The position numbers were made by a program, and so were the translations under genes. Positions 21,715-32,357 of a DNA stretch of 64,000 nt are shown here, piece by piece. The DNA lies in the IMG/VR virus record IMGVR_UViG_3300012000_000001, positions 64,001-128,000 of that record; one strand, written 5' to 3'. Each line of letters opens with the position of its first letter. Position 1 is the first letter of the stretch. Under the pieces are notes generated by a model. That model saw only the letters and a list, made by a program, of their open reading frames with translations, did no database searches and was not told the origin of the DNA. The stretch comes from a virus.

Positions 21715-24700
21715 ATGCTATCTTCAAGACTTATAGACAAAACTAATAAATGTAATATTGTATATAGATCATTTGTAGATGATTTATATCCATATAAGAT
21801 ATCTACTGACGGCTCATCTATTTTATATAGTGATAATTCTAGCCAAACTATATCTTATAACAAATTAGATACCATAGGAGCACTAGCTGTCCAGTCTTAT
21901 TCAGATATTAATAATGATGCATTAGCCGATTGTTGGCTGCCGGTTTTTGTTACAGACGATGCGCATATAGAGAATAAGTTATTGTCTGATGATGGTAGTT
22001 ATGCCAACGGCAACTCTGCGTTAATTAGCGGTCGCATAGGCATGGAAAATTTTCTATCATTTACTCCGAGTTTTAGAAGTTTCTCCAACGCCGGACAGAT
22101 GTCTATTGACTGGATTTTAAATCGACATAACATTCCATATGCAGTATATTATGGTATAATGTGTTGGGTTAGACGCAATAGCACATCTAATCCTATGATT
22201 ATAGGCGGAGCCGCCTCTAAATTAGAGAGCTTTCCGCCCGGCACTAGACTAAAGCACTCCACCAAACCCAATGATGTATTGATTAAAATTGATAATAATA
22301 CATTATATTTAGTTAACAGTCAAAGGTACACTGTTTCCACAGCCGTATTACATCCTGATGAAAATATGTTTATTATTCAAGCATCGACGCTAACAGACTC
22401 TTATACTTTAGCGCCTGTTGTTACTAAAGAAACCTGGACCCCATCATCCACAACAACGAATACAGAAAACGTAGATGGTTTCACCATCGCCCAATTAAAT
22501 AATAACGTTAGACTATGGGTGCCAGACGGGGATTGTATATTCTATTATGCTTCTGAAGCTGAAAAGAGGGTGGCTGAAATAAAGGGCATACCTTCGAATG
22601 GTTTTGTCTCCCCGTGCCTAACTCGATCATATACTGCCATATATCGTATCTTGACACTTGATCAAACTCGTAGTTTTGCTAAAAAGAATTTACGAATCGC
22701 CAGATGCTATAGAAAGCTAGCACATGCTTTAAGTACTAGTCCTTTTATTACAGATTTTGCTATTAGGTCATTAGACTCAGCAGCGGTTAAGACTATTGTT
22801 GACACGTATATAAATAATAGTGCTACATCAACAAGCATAACTACTGAAACCAATTTATTAAAGACAGCATTAAAAGACATTAGTCTATTTTTACAAAAAA
22901 CCATTACTGTCGGTAGTGGCACAGCTAATACCGGTTTATATTTAGATACTAAACCATCGCCATATAGTCTTAACAATAATTTAATTACTAATAAAAACCA
23001 GCTATTCACAAAACTGATTACAAAATATGGAGCTAATCTGGTTCTGTCCAGCGGACCTGTGACCTTAAGTGTTAATAGTAGTTTATTCTCAGATAATGCT
23101 GGTGCCGTTATTACACAAGCTATGGATTATTACTGTCCTAAGAACACTAAAGAAAGTTTAATCTATAATAATCAAAAAATTACTTATGAAGGCACCTCAA
23201 TAGTTAGTAATATATCTCCAACAAATTCTAGTCTTTCTATTAGAAATACATTTTCTAATGAAGAAACCGTATCTATACCATTATACGATATAGCCAAACC
23301 AGACATAGATGGTGCGCAAACGTTATTCCAACCCAAGCTGTTATATACTGGATATATTGATAGACAATATATGTCTAATGGTACATTATTTAATGTGGCA
23401 AATAATATTGGTTCATATTATAAATACGCAATGAAAACATCGTCTCGTATTGATACAAATGGTACTCTGATACCCAGCCCAGATTTAATAAAGGGAGAAG
23501 AGAATGGGCCAGAATTAGACGCCATGGATTTATTGCTCAATGTTAGAGATAAAACATCATTACTATTACACGATAGATATATTGAAAACCAGATGTCTTT
23601 TTTGTGGGAAAAATTGTCTGGCCCAGATTGTGAATTTATAGAGAATAATGGAGGCTTCACCAATACTGCTAAACCGTCTAATACTACAGCTAATAGTAGA
23701 TATATAAGATTAAAAATAAAAACTTCGGGCAAATATGTTGTTCAATGTACTATTAATTCACCATATGGTACATTTAAAAAACAAAAAACAATATATGTTT
23801 ATGATGGTGCCGATCTGATGGAAAAATATAATGACAACGGTTTTAGCATCACGATATCATACGTACCCAATGTTATGCTCAACAAATGGTATGATGAAAA
23901 TACACAGTCTTGGGCAGATGTGCCCGTTTTACTTCCTAATGAGCCCGAATTTACTCCTATTTATCTTAATCGAGACAATCTAAGGGTACGTTGCTCTAAA
24001 TTTAATAGGGTGGCTATTAGTCAAATTGGAGCGGTTTTTGTTCCGATTAGTACCGGCTTTACTGTTAGAGAAATGGTTGGCGTGATAGGCTCTCTTCCAG
24101 AAACCGAAGTAGTTAAATTAGACGAATTATACAAATTTAAAACCAATAAAGAGTATACGGCTTCATCAGTATCTAATTTGGCTATAACATATAACTTAGA
24201 ATCTAATACTATAGCCAAGTTATCAGCTATTTATGTAGAAAAAATTCGAAGTAACCTACCCAACTGTGAGCAATGTTTTAGTTTATACGAGCCTAAACTA
24301 AGAGCAAGAAAAAGTAGTGTTTTTACTGGAAGCAGTAGAACTAATACTGTTAGATATGATCGTATCAATAAATTTCCAGAAGGCTTTAAATTATATAAAT
24401 ACAAAACCGCTAATGGTCCCGGCTTAATTTCGGCCGAAGAAGATGGCACGGTTGGCTTTAGCTATCCTAAAATCTCCACAACCTCGGCCCCCGCTGTTAA
24501 AACCTATGGAGGATATACTAATAGTGTTATTAATAACTTGGGCATACAAAATAATATTAATTCTTTTTATGGTACTAATATACCCGGTTTAGAACGACCA
24601 CGAGCAAATGCATCAGATGCCGGATCATTAGCGGCGACAACACCAGCCACGCTGCCTCCTGTTACGGGTTTTCCATTAGATATAGCAAACGATGATGATC

Positions 24701-27700
24701 CTAGCAAACACAAATTATGTTATCAAAGGCAAGTTCCCTATGTTGGTGGCGGACCTATTACTTTCACCAAGGGTGTGTTACATCCAAATAGCGGATGGAT
24801 ACCACATACATCTAGTGATTATGCTATTCATGCTAATCGTAGCAGTGTCTTGAAATTTAATCCAGGAGCTAGAAGTACATTTAGTTTTATTGGACCAAAA
24901 GTATCCAATATATCAGCACTATCTGCTAATATAGCAAGCGGAGTAGTTGAGCCGAATACATTGTCCAGTTCAATATCTTTAAAGATGGCAAATGGAGTAC
25001 AGTGGGATCCTCCTTGTTATTGTGAAAATCCTGGTGAAAATGCTAGTTTAGAACTTTACAACACTAATCAAAAACATAAAGAATATATTGATACTACAAC
25101 ACACAGATCGTCACATGGATATAGGTATCTACATGGTGGAGAACCCAAGCCTATTGAACGAACGGCACTAACTAATGTTGCGACTTATAATGATGAATTC
25201 GGGGCTGATCAAGATAATGATACATTCTCATATTCATTTGCTGTCACCGGGCCTGCGTCTCTACCTAGCGAAGTTATGGGCGCTGACGGAAAAATCAATT
25301 TACGAATACCGACAGTACAATCATTTGGTATCAAAGATATTGAAGTCAAATTAAATTTTTTAAATTATGTCAATACTAAGAATTTAGTCATATGGTTAGA
25401 AGTACAACCAGACGGTACTGAAACGAAAACTAGAGGACCAGACAGAAACGGTAAATACCCTTCACCAATTAAAGCTTCCAAAAAGTTTTTAGACCAGACT
25501 ATCCCACCATCCGTAGTATCTGGCATTAATTATCAAACGGGCATAGATTCACAGCTACTATATAGCAATATACCAAATAATAAAATTGCTAATTATTTAG
25601 ATTGTTTATTAAATGCTGAGAATGATTCCCCCGGCGGCCCATTAAGGCTCTTATTGTTAAACCAAGAGCATATAGAAAATAATGGATACAACTTTAGTAT
25701 TAAATTTTCTGATAATGCCTCTAAATATAATGTTTTATATGATCAAAACATTATCAACGGAACACAGGTAACTAATAGTACAACATACCCAGCCCACACC
25801 TTATCCGATTTAGAAAAACAACAAAATATAGTACGCAGCATGGGGGAAGTGAGACCATCTTTGTCGGCAGTATCATACTCAGATAGACAGGCTTGTCAAT
25901 TTAGCAAAATTCTAAAAACCAATAGACTTAACCCGACTGCTGCAAGTTTCAGTAAATTTTATACAAACACACTATTTAAAAATGCAGCACCAGAGAGTGG
26001 TCCCTGTCCTCCAGAAAGATCTCCTAAGCAGAAAGACGGAGACTTGAATGGGACTACAGTATTTACACTCAAAATTATGGTATTGGACGAAGCAGAGGAC
26101 ATGGCTCCGAATGATACATTGATCAGTAATCAATATCTAACGGGTCTTTCTTCAGCATCCAAAACACAAACTTCTAATGATATATTTAACTCATTATGTA
26201 ATTGGGAGTTAATTCTACATGTAGGAGATGTTCCAAAATTCGTACCACACACCAACCCCAATCTTGCTTCATATGGTAATTGTGATGCTTTGTCTTTACT
26301 AGACTATACTAAAAATTTAAAATATCCTGGATATAGTTTTATCGCCGATTTAACAAACTATCAACATTTATTGCCTTTAGCGAATATAGATGCTCCAAAT
26401 ATGGGCATCGCAGATACCTCTTTATGCTTAACCAATAAAAATGATCCAACAGGTGGAGGTTTTGTTGTTAAACCAGTAGATTTTCCTAGCTATGCCATAG
26501 TACAGATATTAGCTTCTTTAGTTTCTCCAACTACTGGCACTCTAATTGGAACAGCAACCGCTCCGGGTGTTGGATATAGTCAGGGATTTAATACTATTAT
26601 TAGCTGGTTTGCAGAAAGCCGTTTTTTAAGTTCACTAGAAGATTCTGGTAGACAGATCTATTCACAATCGTATACCAAATACCCATTCGGCTCTCCTGAA
26701 AAAATATTATTAAATGTGCGTAAGAATGATTCGTTATGGTATTCTTTAGAAGCATTTATTATGAAATATCATAACACACCAATTTTGCAATTAAAGAAAC
26801 ATAATTATCTAAAAGTGCAAAGAGGAATAAGTAAATATGCTACAGAATTTAAATTTAGTTTGGTACAGGATTATCAGGATTTGATTAATACAAAAGATGT
26901 GCCGGAACTAATTTTTGATTGTTCTGGAGATTTGCCATTTAATCAGACCAGTATAACATATCCAGCAACATATGGAAATCTATTAGTAAATTATGGTGAT
27001 TTGATCAATATCTCTGTTACGGGCGTTGCCAATACTCCTGATGGTACTTGTTCGGAAAATAATGGACTCTATGTTGCATTGGATACTGGTTGGAAAAAAG
27101 TAGATAATGACAATTTAGCAAATTTATCTCAAACAATATCTATGTTAGAACATAATGCTGCTTTATCCTATAATAATAGCTTTTTTACGAATGAATTGAA
27201 AGCCGCAATTACTGATTCAAAAACGATTATCTGCAAAAGTAGAATACCTTATGATATCTTTTTAGTGGGAGATAGTATAGAATGTTATCCCAATACAGAG
27301 CGTCTATCGTCTAGCAGTGCCGAAATTATTACTGTAAAAATTTTAAAGAAGGCATTAATTACCAAAAATAATAGTTTATATTCTGTTTTTGTTATAGATA
27401 CAGCAATTACCACCCAAGATACTCTGTCTCCAACACCAGACACAAATACATTATTAGTTTATTCAAATAATACTACTAGGGATCAGGGCATTAACAAAGA
27501 ATATAGTGCGTGGGGATTAGATTCTAATGGCTACTTTAAAGAAACTCCCCCATACGCAGGGTTTTCTGCTCATAGCGTCGGCTCTTATGGCAATATATCG
27601 CCATTTGTTAACAAAAATTTATTAGATAAAAATTTCAGATTTAATCAAATACAACCCACACACGAAGTTTTGAATAACCATCAAAATGATAAAATTAAAT

Positions 27701-29655
27701 ACAATAAAATTAATATCTATAATTTTAATAATGGCGCCCTATTACCTATCACTGGTTTTACTAACGATATGTCCTGTGGATTTGCTTACAGCGAAGTAGA
27801 TTTATACGAACCTAGCATTTTTCAAACCAATACACAAAACGTAGCCGTTTCTACCGAGAACATGCGTCAGGCTAATGCTGATTTTGGCGATCTAGAACGT
27901 AGCTTGATAGAACAGTTAAAACAATCAACTGGCTATAATGAAAAAAATTATTCCTTTATGTATGTTAGAACATCTACAGCCACATCTCAAAGCTCCCCAA
28001 TAGCCATTCCTCTATCTGGTTGCTTAACAATAGAGAATAATTATATAGAACATATTCCTATTAAATTAGTAGATTTAGACGGTATTGTCTCAAGACTAGA
28101 CACTATAGATAGTATTAAAACACAACCCAGCTTAGAAAACATTGTTGGAGATCCTAGCCAAACATCATCTGTACTAGCGTCAAACAGTATTAAATATGTA
28201 CAAAAGCATTTAGACAGACTCACCAAAGACGATCCTGCTGAATGTCATCGCCCCAATGCTACTGTCTCTAATTGTCCAAAACTCAGAACACAAACTAAAT
28301 TAAATAAGCTGTATAATGAGCGTACTGATTTATTAAAACTGTTAGAGCAACAGGCCGTAGCCTTTGCAACTGTTATATATGCTGATGATTCTAATAATAG
28401 ACAAACTGTTACTGGTGAAATTATCGCAGAGGGTGTGGATTTTATTACGGTTTCTAATACCAGCGGAGTGTCTAAAATTTCTAAATCAAGTATTATAAAC
28501 ACAGATACTGAGTATGGTCTAACTAAAACATATACTAGAAAAGACTTGTTGCCCAGTAACCATATTCAAAAAATACCCACCGATGTTTTACCTAAAATAG
28601 AACCTCTTATCACCACTAATACCGATGGCAGTATTGATATTGTATATTCTCCAATAAACTTAAATCATTATTGGATAAATATTGACCCCAAACAATCATG
28701 TGTGCTGGACTTTACTAGCAATCCTAAGATTTTAGTATCTACAGAATATCAATGCATCAGAGCTAATGAGTCTTTATTAAACTCTGTTGTTAGTCTGGTA
28801 GCAGATAATAATGTGTGTCCGGATTTTGCCACCAAAGAAGGAGTTCCACAATTCCCCTCCGAAGCGATAGGAGACGAGGGTTTTTCGTCGAATAATAAAA
28901 AATATAAATATACAATACCTGTTAATATTGTTGACACACAAAAAAATACATACACTTCACAGTATCCTGCTATAACGGGTTGGAAAACTCTAACTAAAGA
29001 ACGTTATTTTAATATAAATGCTGATAATAGTTTGGGCTTAGAAGGGGTCGGTTCGGAGATTACTGTAGCCTCTACAGAAACATATTTAGTGCCCGAAATC
29101 TCCACAGCCCCATCTTATAATGATGGATCTGCTGACGCTCAATCAGTTCCCGGTATCGGCGTATGTCAAACAAACCTAGGAAGTCCAGGCGGATACGGAT
29201 TATTAGGTCCGGATTATCTTGGTACCAGAGTTGGACAAAGTACAAGGGTACAGAATATATTTAATTTAGACGATATTAATAGTATTGAAGTACAAATTAA
29301 ACGTATACCAAGACTTTTACGTGGTTGTGACTTATTAGGCACTGTATACAGGTATGGTAATCGTAGTTTATTTAGACAACAGTCTTCGGCAAATCCAAGA
29401 GTACCATTTGAAGTAGACGGTATTGGTATTAATGGGCCGTTAAATAATAGTTTATACTGTTGGATATGTTTACAACAAAGTGCTCAAGACAATAAACTCA
29501 GATATGCATCAATACCACCATTTCTACAGCATCAAAACGAGATGATCTTCAGAAGTTTCTTTGGTAGTGTAGACCGTATAGAGAACAGAACAGATTTAAT
29601 GATTTCGTATTATCCATGGGAGCTTATTCCGTATGAGTACTCAAGATTCGAATAA
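21715..29655 (+). CDS. Giant hypothetical virion protein with PKD-like and proprotein-convertase P-domain-like segments
   Basis: 2646 aa; FLWEKLSGP...GKYVVQCTI (PKD-like); IKDIEVKLNF...LVIWL...F..KF.D...G...FTLKI..D...NWELIL (P-domain-like with insertions). Confidence 0.55.
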   Translation: MLSSRLIDKTNKCNIVYRSFVDDLYPYKISTDGSSILYSDNSSQTISYNKLDTIGALAVQSYSDINNDALADCWLPVFVTDDAHIENKLLSDDGSYANGNSALISGRIGMENFLSFTPSFRSFSNAGQMSIDWILNRHNIPYAVYYGIMCWVRRNSTSNPMIIGGAASKLESFPPGTRLKHSTKPNDVLIKIDNNTLYLVNSQRYTVSTAVLHPDENMFIIQASTLTDSYTLAPVVTKETWTPSSTTTNTENVDGFTIAQLNNNVRLWVPDGDCIFYYASEAEKRVAEIKGIPSNGFVSPCLTRSYTAIYRILTLDQTRSFAKKNLRIARCYRKLAHALSTSPFITDFAIRSLDSAAVKTIVDTYINNSATSTSITTETNLLKTALKDISLFLQKTITVGSGTANTGLYLDTKPSPYSLNNNLITNKNQLFTKLITKYGANLVLSSGPVTLSVNSSLFSDNAGAVITQAMDYYCPKNTKESLIYNNQKITYEGTSIVSNISPTNSSLSIRNTFSNEETVSIPLYDIAKPDIDGAQTLFQPKLLYTGYIDRQYMSNGTLFNVANNIGSYYKYAMKTSSRIDTNGTLIPSPDLIKGEENGPELDAMDLLLNVRDKTSLLLHDRYIENQMSFLWEKLSGPDCEFIENNGGFTNTAKPSNTTANSRYIRLKIKTSGKYVVQCTINSPYGTFKKQKTIYVYDGADLMEKYNDNGFSITISYVPNVMLNKWYDENTQSWADVPVLLPNEPEFTPIYLNRDNLRVRCSKFNRVAISQIGAVFVPISTGFTVREMVGVIGSLPETEVVKLDELYKFKTNKEYTASSVSNLAITYNLESNTIAKLSAIYVEKIRSNLPNCEQCFSLYEPKLRARKSSVFTGSSRTNTVRYDRINKFPEGFKLYKYKTANGPGLISAEEDGTVGFSYPKISTTSAPAVKTYGGYTNSVINNLGIQNNINSFYGTNIPGLERPRANASDAGSLAATTPATLPPVTGFPLDIANDDDPSKHKLCYQRQVPYVGGGPITFTKGVLHPNSGWIPHTSSDYAIHANRSSVLKFNPGARSTFSFIGPKVSNISALSANIASGVVEPNTLSSSISLKMANGVQWDPPCYCENPGENASLELYNTNQKHKEYIDTTTHRSSHGYRYLHGGEPKPIERTALTNVATYNDEFGADQDNDTFSYSFAVTGPASLPSEVMGADGKINLRIPTVQSFGIKDIEVKLNFLNYVNTKNLVIWLEVQPDGTETKTRGPDRNGKYPSPIKASKKFLDQTIPPSVVSGINYQTGIDSQLLYSNIPNNKIANYLDCLLNAENDSPGGPLRLLLLNQEHIENNGYNFSIKFSDNASKYNVLYDQNIINGTQVTNSTTYPAHTLSDLEKQQNIVRSMGEVRPSLSAVSYSDRQACQFSKILKTNRLNPTAASFSKFYTNTLFKNAAPESGPCPPERSPKQKDGDLNGTTVFTLKIMVLDEAEDMAPNDTLISNQYLTGLSSASKTQTSNDIFNSLCNWELILHVGDVPKFVPHTNPNLASYGNCDALSLLDYTKNLKYPGYSFIADLTNYQHLLPLANIDAPNMGIADTSLCLTNKNDPTGGGFVVKPVDFPSYAIVQILASLVSPTTGTLIGTATAPGVGYSQGFNTIISWFAESRFLSSLEDSGRQIYSQSYTKYPFGSPEKILLNVRKNDSLWYSLEAFIMKYHNTPILQLKKHNYLKVQRGISKYATEFKFSLVQDYQDLINTKDVPELIFDCSGDLPFNQTSITYPATYGNLLVNYGDLINISVTGVANTPDGTCSENNGLYVALDTGWKKVDNDNLANLSQTISMLEHNAALSYNNSFFTNELKAAITDSKTIICKSRIPYDIFLVGDSIECYPNTERLSSSSAEIITVKILKKALITKNNSLYSVFVIDTAITTQDTLSPTPDTNTLLVYSNNTTRDQGINKEYSAWGLDSNGYFKETPPYAGFSAHSVGSYGNISPFVNKNLLDKNFRFNQIQPTHEVLNNHQNDKIKYNKINIYNFNNGALLPITGFTNDMSCGFAYSEVDLYEPSIFQTNTQNVAVSTENMRQANADFGDLERSLIEQLKQSTGYNEKNYSFMYVRTSTATSQSSPIAIPLSGCLTIENNYIEHIPIKLVDLDGIVSRLDTIDSIKTQPSLENIVGDPSQTSSVLASNSIKYVQKHLDRLTKDDPAECHRPNATVSNCPKLRTQTKLNKLYNERTDLLKLLEQQAVAFATVIYADDSNNRQTVTGEIIAEGVDFITVSNTSGVSKISKSSIINTDTEYGLTKTYTRKDLLPSNHIQKIPTDVLPKIEPLITTNTDGSIDIVYSPINLNHYWINIDPKQSCVLDFTSNPKILVSTEYQCIRANESLLNSVVSLVADNNVCPDFATKEGVPQFPSEAIGDEGFSSNNKKYKYTIPVNIVDTQKNTYTSQYPAITGWKTLTKERYFNINADNSLGLEGVGSEITVASTETYLVPEISTAPSYNDGSADAQSVPGIGVCQTNLGSPGGYGLLGPDYLGTRVGQSTRVQNIFNLDDINSIEVQIKRIPRLLRGCDLLGTVYRYGNRSLFRQQSSANPRVPFEVDGIGINGPLNNSLYCWICLQQSAQDNKLRYASIPPFLQHQNEMIFRSFFGSVDRIENRTDLMISYYPWELIPYEYSRFE

Positions 29656-29656
29656 T

Positions 29657-30040
29657 ATGTGGTTTTGCAACTTTATAGAAGTAGGATTAGATACTTATCT
29701 TTGCTCTAAGTGCGGAACACAAATATCATCCGAAGATGGTCCTCCCGCCATCCTGTGCAGTGTGCCGTCTAATGAGCCAGAGGAGCAACCCTCGGTAGCC
29801 TTTTCTACTAAAGTTAAAAACTTTATTATGGCGGCTTCTGAGCATATAAACAATGGCGCTAAACTTTGCACAGACGAACAAATAGAACAGCGATATAACA
29901 TATGTCAAACATGTGAGCATTTTGTAAACTCAACATGCAATCAATGCGGCTGTCCTATTGTTCGTAACAAGCGCTTTATTAGCAAGCTATCGTGGGCATC
30001 ATCAGAATGTCCAGTTGGCAAGTGGGGTAAACTAGATTAG
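29657..30040 (+). CDS. Small Cys-rich (probable Zn-binding) protein, DUF6171-like C-terminus
   Basis: RYNICQTCEHF...CNQCGC...KLSWASSECPVGKW plus N-terminal CSKC; start taken at ATG 29657. Confidence 0.7.
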   Translation: MWFCNFIEVGLDTYLCSKCGTQISSEDGPPAILCSVPSNEPEEQPSVAFSTKVKNFIMAASEHINNGAKLCTDEQIEQRYNICQTCEHFVNSTCNQCGCPIVRNKRFISKLSWASSECPVGKWGKLD

Positions 30041-30384
30041 TTCTTTTTACCGCCTTTGCTTTCTGACTGTTCTTTAGACCACTTATGCCAGCCCTTATTT
30101 GGAAGAATGACTCCATTGTCATCTTTTCGCTTAGGAAATAGAGTGCCACCCTTCTTGTGTTGACCAAATGCCAATATGGCACCACAGTCAGCACAGCGTA
30201 ACTCATAATAATCATTGCCCTCCACATTTCGCACAATAAATCGCAGATTTGTGGATGAACAGAGACCGCACCTTTCTTCTGCAAAAATTTCTTGTATAAC
30301 GGCCAGCTCTTTAAAAATTTCCTTTTGTCCAGAACCCTCTAATTCAAAAGTTAGCTTGTCATTAGCCTTGTATAATACTTTCAT
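30037..30384 (-). CDS. Hypothetical Zn-ribbon protein
   Basis: CGLC...CADC; probable start MKVLYK at 30384. Confidence 0.7.
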   Translation of the reverse strand: MKVLYKANDKLTFELEGSGQKEIFKELAVIQEIFAEERCGLCSSTNLRFIVRNVEGNDYYELRCADCGAILAFGQHKKGGTLFPKRKDDNGVILPNKGWHKWSKEQSESKGGKKN

Positions 30385-30386
30385 CG

Positions 30387-31121
30387 TTATTTCCAATCTT
30401 TAGAATACCCAATAATATTCTCTGGTATATCATTTGTATTTTGCTGGTATTTAGATAATAGTCTAATAATCCCAACAGCATCCTCATGAGATACCGTATA
30501 AATATTATCGGTCGGTAGTTGACTATCTGAGAACAATCTCATTACATTAATATTAAGTCTTTGGGCCATAACGTCAATGAAATTAATTTGATTATTACTA
30601 ATCTTAGAAACTGTGTTTAGATCAGGATTGTCCTCAATTTCCTTAGAAATTTCCTCAGCAGCAACAACTTTTCGTAGTCTTAGTGCCCTTCTGAGTGCTC
30701 TACCTTCTGCTCGGGTTTCGGCAACAGCCACCGGATGATTACGATATACCTTGTCACAATTACCCCAATAAACGTCAGCAGAGCCATCCACAGTCACAGT
30801 ATTTAAATCCCTGCTGTCCGACTGGGCATCGTTTAAAACATAGGTTATAGAATGAACCACGGTTGCTCGTTTTTCATTGTCCGGAGTCGGAGTTTGTACA
30901 ACGGAGCTAGTTGATGCTATAACTTTACAATTAAGGGCCAATTCAAAAATACGGCGTAATCCATCTGTGGTAGGGTTGTCCGAAATTTTTTCATCATCAG
31001 ATAACAAACCCAATACATAGTCTGTCCATTCTAAGTCCGTAATCTTTGGAACTTTAACAGTATCGGTTGTGGGTGTTTCGGTTTCCTTGTCCTTGTTTTT
31101 TTCCTTGTCGGCCTTGGCCAT
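30387..31121 (-). CDS. Putative Rad52-like single-strand annealing protein
   Basis: VAETRAEGRALRRALRLRKVVAAEE resembles the AETRAxGRALR motif of Rad52-superfamily annealases; replication/recombination context. Confidence 0.55.
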   Translation of the reverse strand: MAKADKEKNKDKETETPTTDTVKVPKITDLEWTDYVLGLLSDDEKISDNPTTDGLRRIFELALNCKVIASTSSVVQTPTPDNEKRATVVHSITYVLNDAQSDSRDLNTVTVDGSADVYWGNCDKVYRNHPVAVAETRAEGRALRRALRLRKVVAAEEISKEIEDNPDLNTVSKISNNQINFIDVMAQRLNINVMRLFSDSQLPTDNIYTVSHEDAVGIIRLLSKYQQNTNDIPENIIGYSKDWK

Positions 31122-31126
31122 AGTTA

Positions 31127-31924
31127 TTAATCCTCAATGGTTAAAATTAGTGGTGTTTTAGACTGTTCACAAGATTTGATAGTATCAACTAGTTTATTAA
31201 ATATCAATATTCCTCTGGCATTTGAAAAATCTTTGGTTTGTTTGATTCTGATCAGATGCCATCCTTTACCAGTAATCAAGCCTTCTTTTTTCTTATCATA
31301 TTTAATGTTACGATCAAGAGATTGCTCGCCCCATACCGGCTCAAAATGAGAAGGTCCGTCAACTTCAATAGCCGTACCCATAGTAGGCAAGAATAGGTCA
31401 ATTTGCAACTTGGTATTGACTAGAGATTGTTCTTTATGAAATTCTACAACATAGCCTGATCCCAATAACTCTTTGAGTAAAAACTTTTCTAGTTTTGAGC
31501 CAACTTTGCTTGACTCTCTAATTGCTACAATAGCCGCCTGTTGCATATTCTCTTTTTGGTTGATATCTAATTTATCCCAATTTGCTTTAGCCTTGGCTTT
31601 GCGTGATGCTAATTCTTGATCATCTAATGATTCCCAAGCATTTAACACACCTAGGCCAATTTTTTGTTTAATATCTGATGATCTTTCAGTTCCTTTTGTT
31701 GGATGCTTATGCTTTCCTGTCTGTAAAGCATTTTTTTGTGCATCCGACTTATTTCTAATGGTTATGTGAAATTTTTTAGCATCTCTTCTAACTTTGTTAG
31801 GATAGGTAGACCATGCCTCTGCTATATCAGCAAAGCTTTTATTTAATTGTTCATACCATGTTCTAATAATCTGTTCTTTTTGCTTATCAGACAAATTATC
31901 ATATATATTTTGAGATTTCGTCAT
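31127..31924 (-). CDS. Free-standing Vsr/DUF559-like (EDxHD-type) endonuclease with NUMOD3-like segment, putative homing endonuclease
   Basis: KGTERSSDIKQKIG (NUMOD3-like); IDLFLP...AIEVDGPSHF...YDKKK...GWHLIRI. Confidence 0.7.
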   Translation of the reverse strand: MTKSQNIYDNLSDKQKEQIIRTWYEQLNKSFADIAEAWSTYPNKVRRDAKKFHITIRNKSDAQKNALQTGKHKHPTKGTERSSDIKQKIGLGVLNAWESLDDQELASRKAKAKANWDKLDINQKENMQQAAIVAIRESSKVGSKLEKFLLKELLGSGYVVEFHKEQSLVNTKLQIDLFLPTMGTAIEVDGPSHFEPVWGEQSLDRNIKYDKKKEGLITGKGWHLIRIKQTKDFSNARGILIFNKLVDTIKSCEQSKTPLILTIED

Positions 31925-32357
31925 AAGTAAATCGCTCCACTACTGCTACGGGTTTTTTCCAGCACATTGAATATAGGTCGTTTAATACGGGGCTTGAGAC
32001 TATAATATCTAGATTATCTTGATCATAAATAGACTTCCACTGACTATACAAAGACGAACCTGATTGTGTCCAGTGAGCATCCGAAGTAAAGAGTATTCTT
32101 TGGCTAATATTGGGAAACTTATTAGTTAAAATCACACTCGGTATATCAAATAATATAAGCTTACCATAAAAAAATTGGGATTGCTGAAGATGCAACAACG
32201 GAACGTTAAACGTATTGATACGATCCGAATAACTATTAAAAACTAAGTGTTCTTGATAAGGTCTATGCTTTATAAAATCAGAAATAGTTGATAAGATATT
32301 ATCATAGATTTTGTTATTCAATAACTTAATTAATACAAAGCCTATATCTTCATTCAT
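31899..32357 (-). CDS. Hypothetical protein, possibly a GT-B half-domain
   Basis: 152 aa at the end of the GT cluster; DIIVSSPVL...KKPVAVVERF resembles the end of a GT-B N-lobe. Confidence 0.5.
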   Translation of the reverse strand: MNEDIGFVLIKLLNNKIYDNILSTISDFIKHRPYQEHLVFNSYSDRINTFNVPLLHLQQSQFFYGKLILFDIPSVILTNKFPNISQRILFTSDAHWTQSGSSLYSQWKSIYDQDNLDIIVSSPVLNDLYSMCWKKPVAVVERFTYDEISKYI

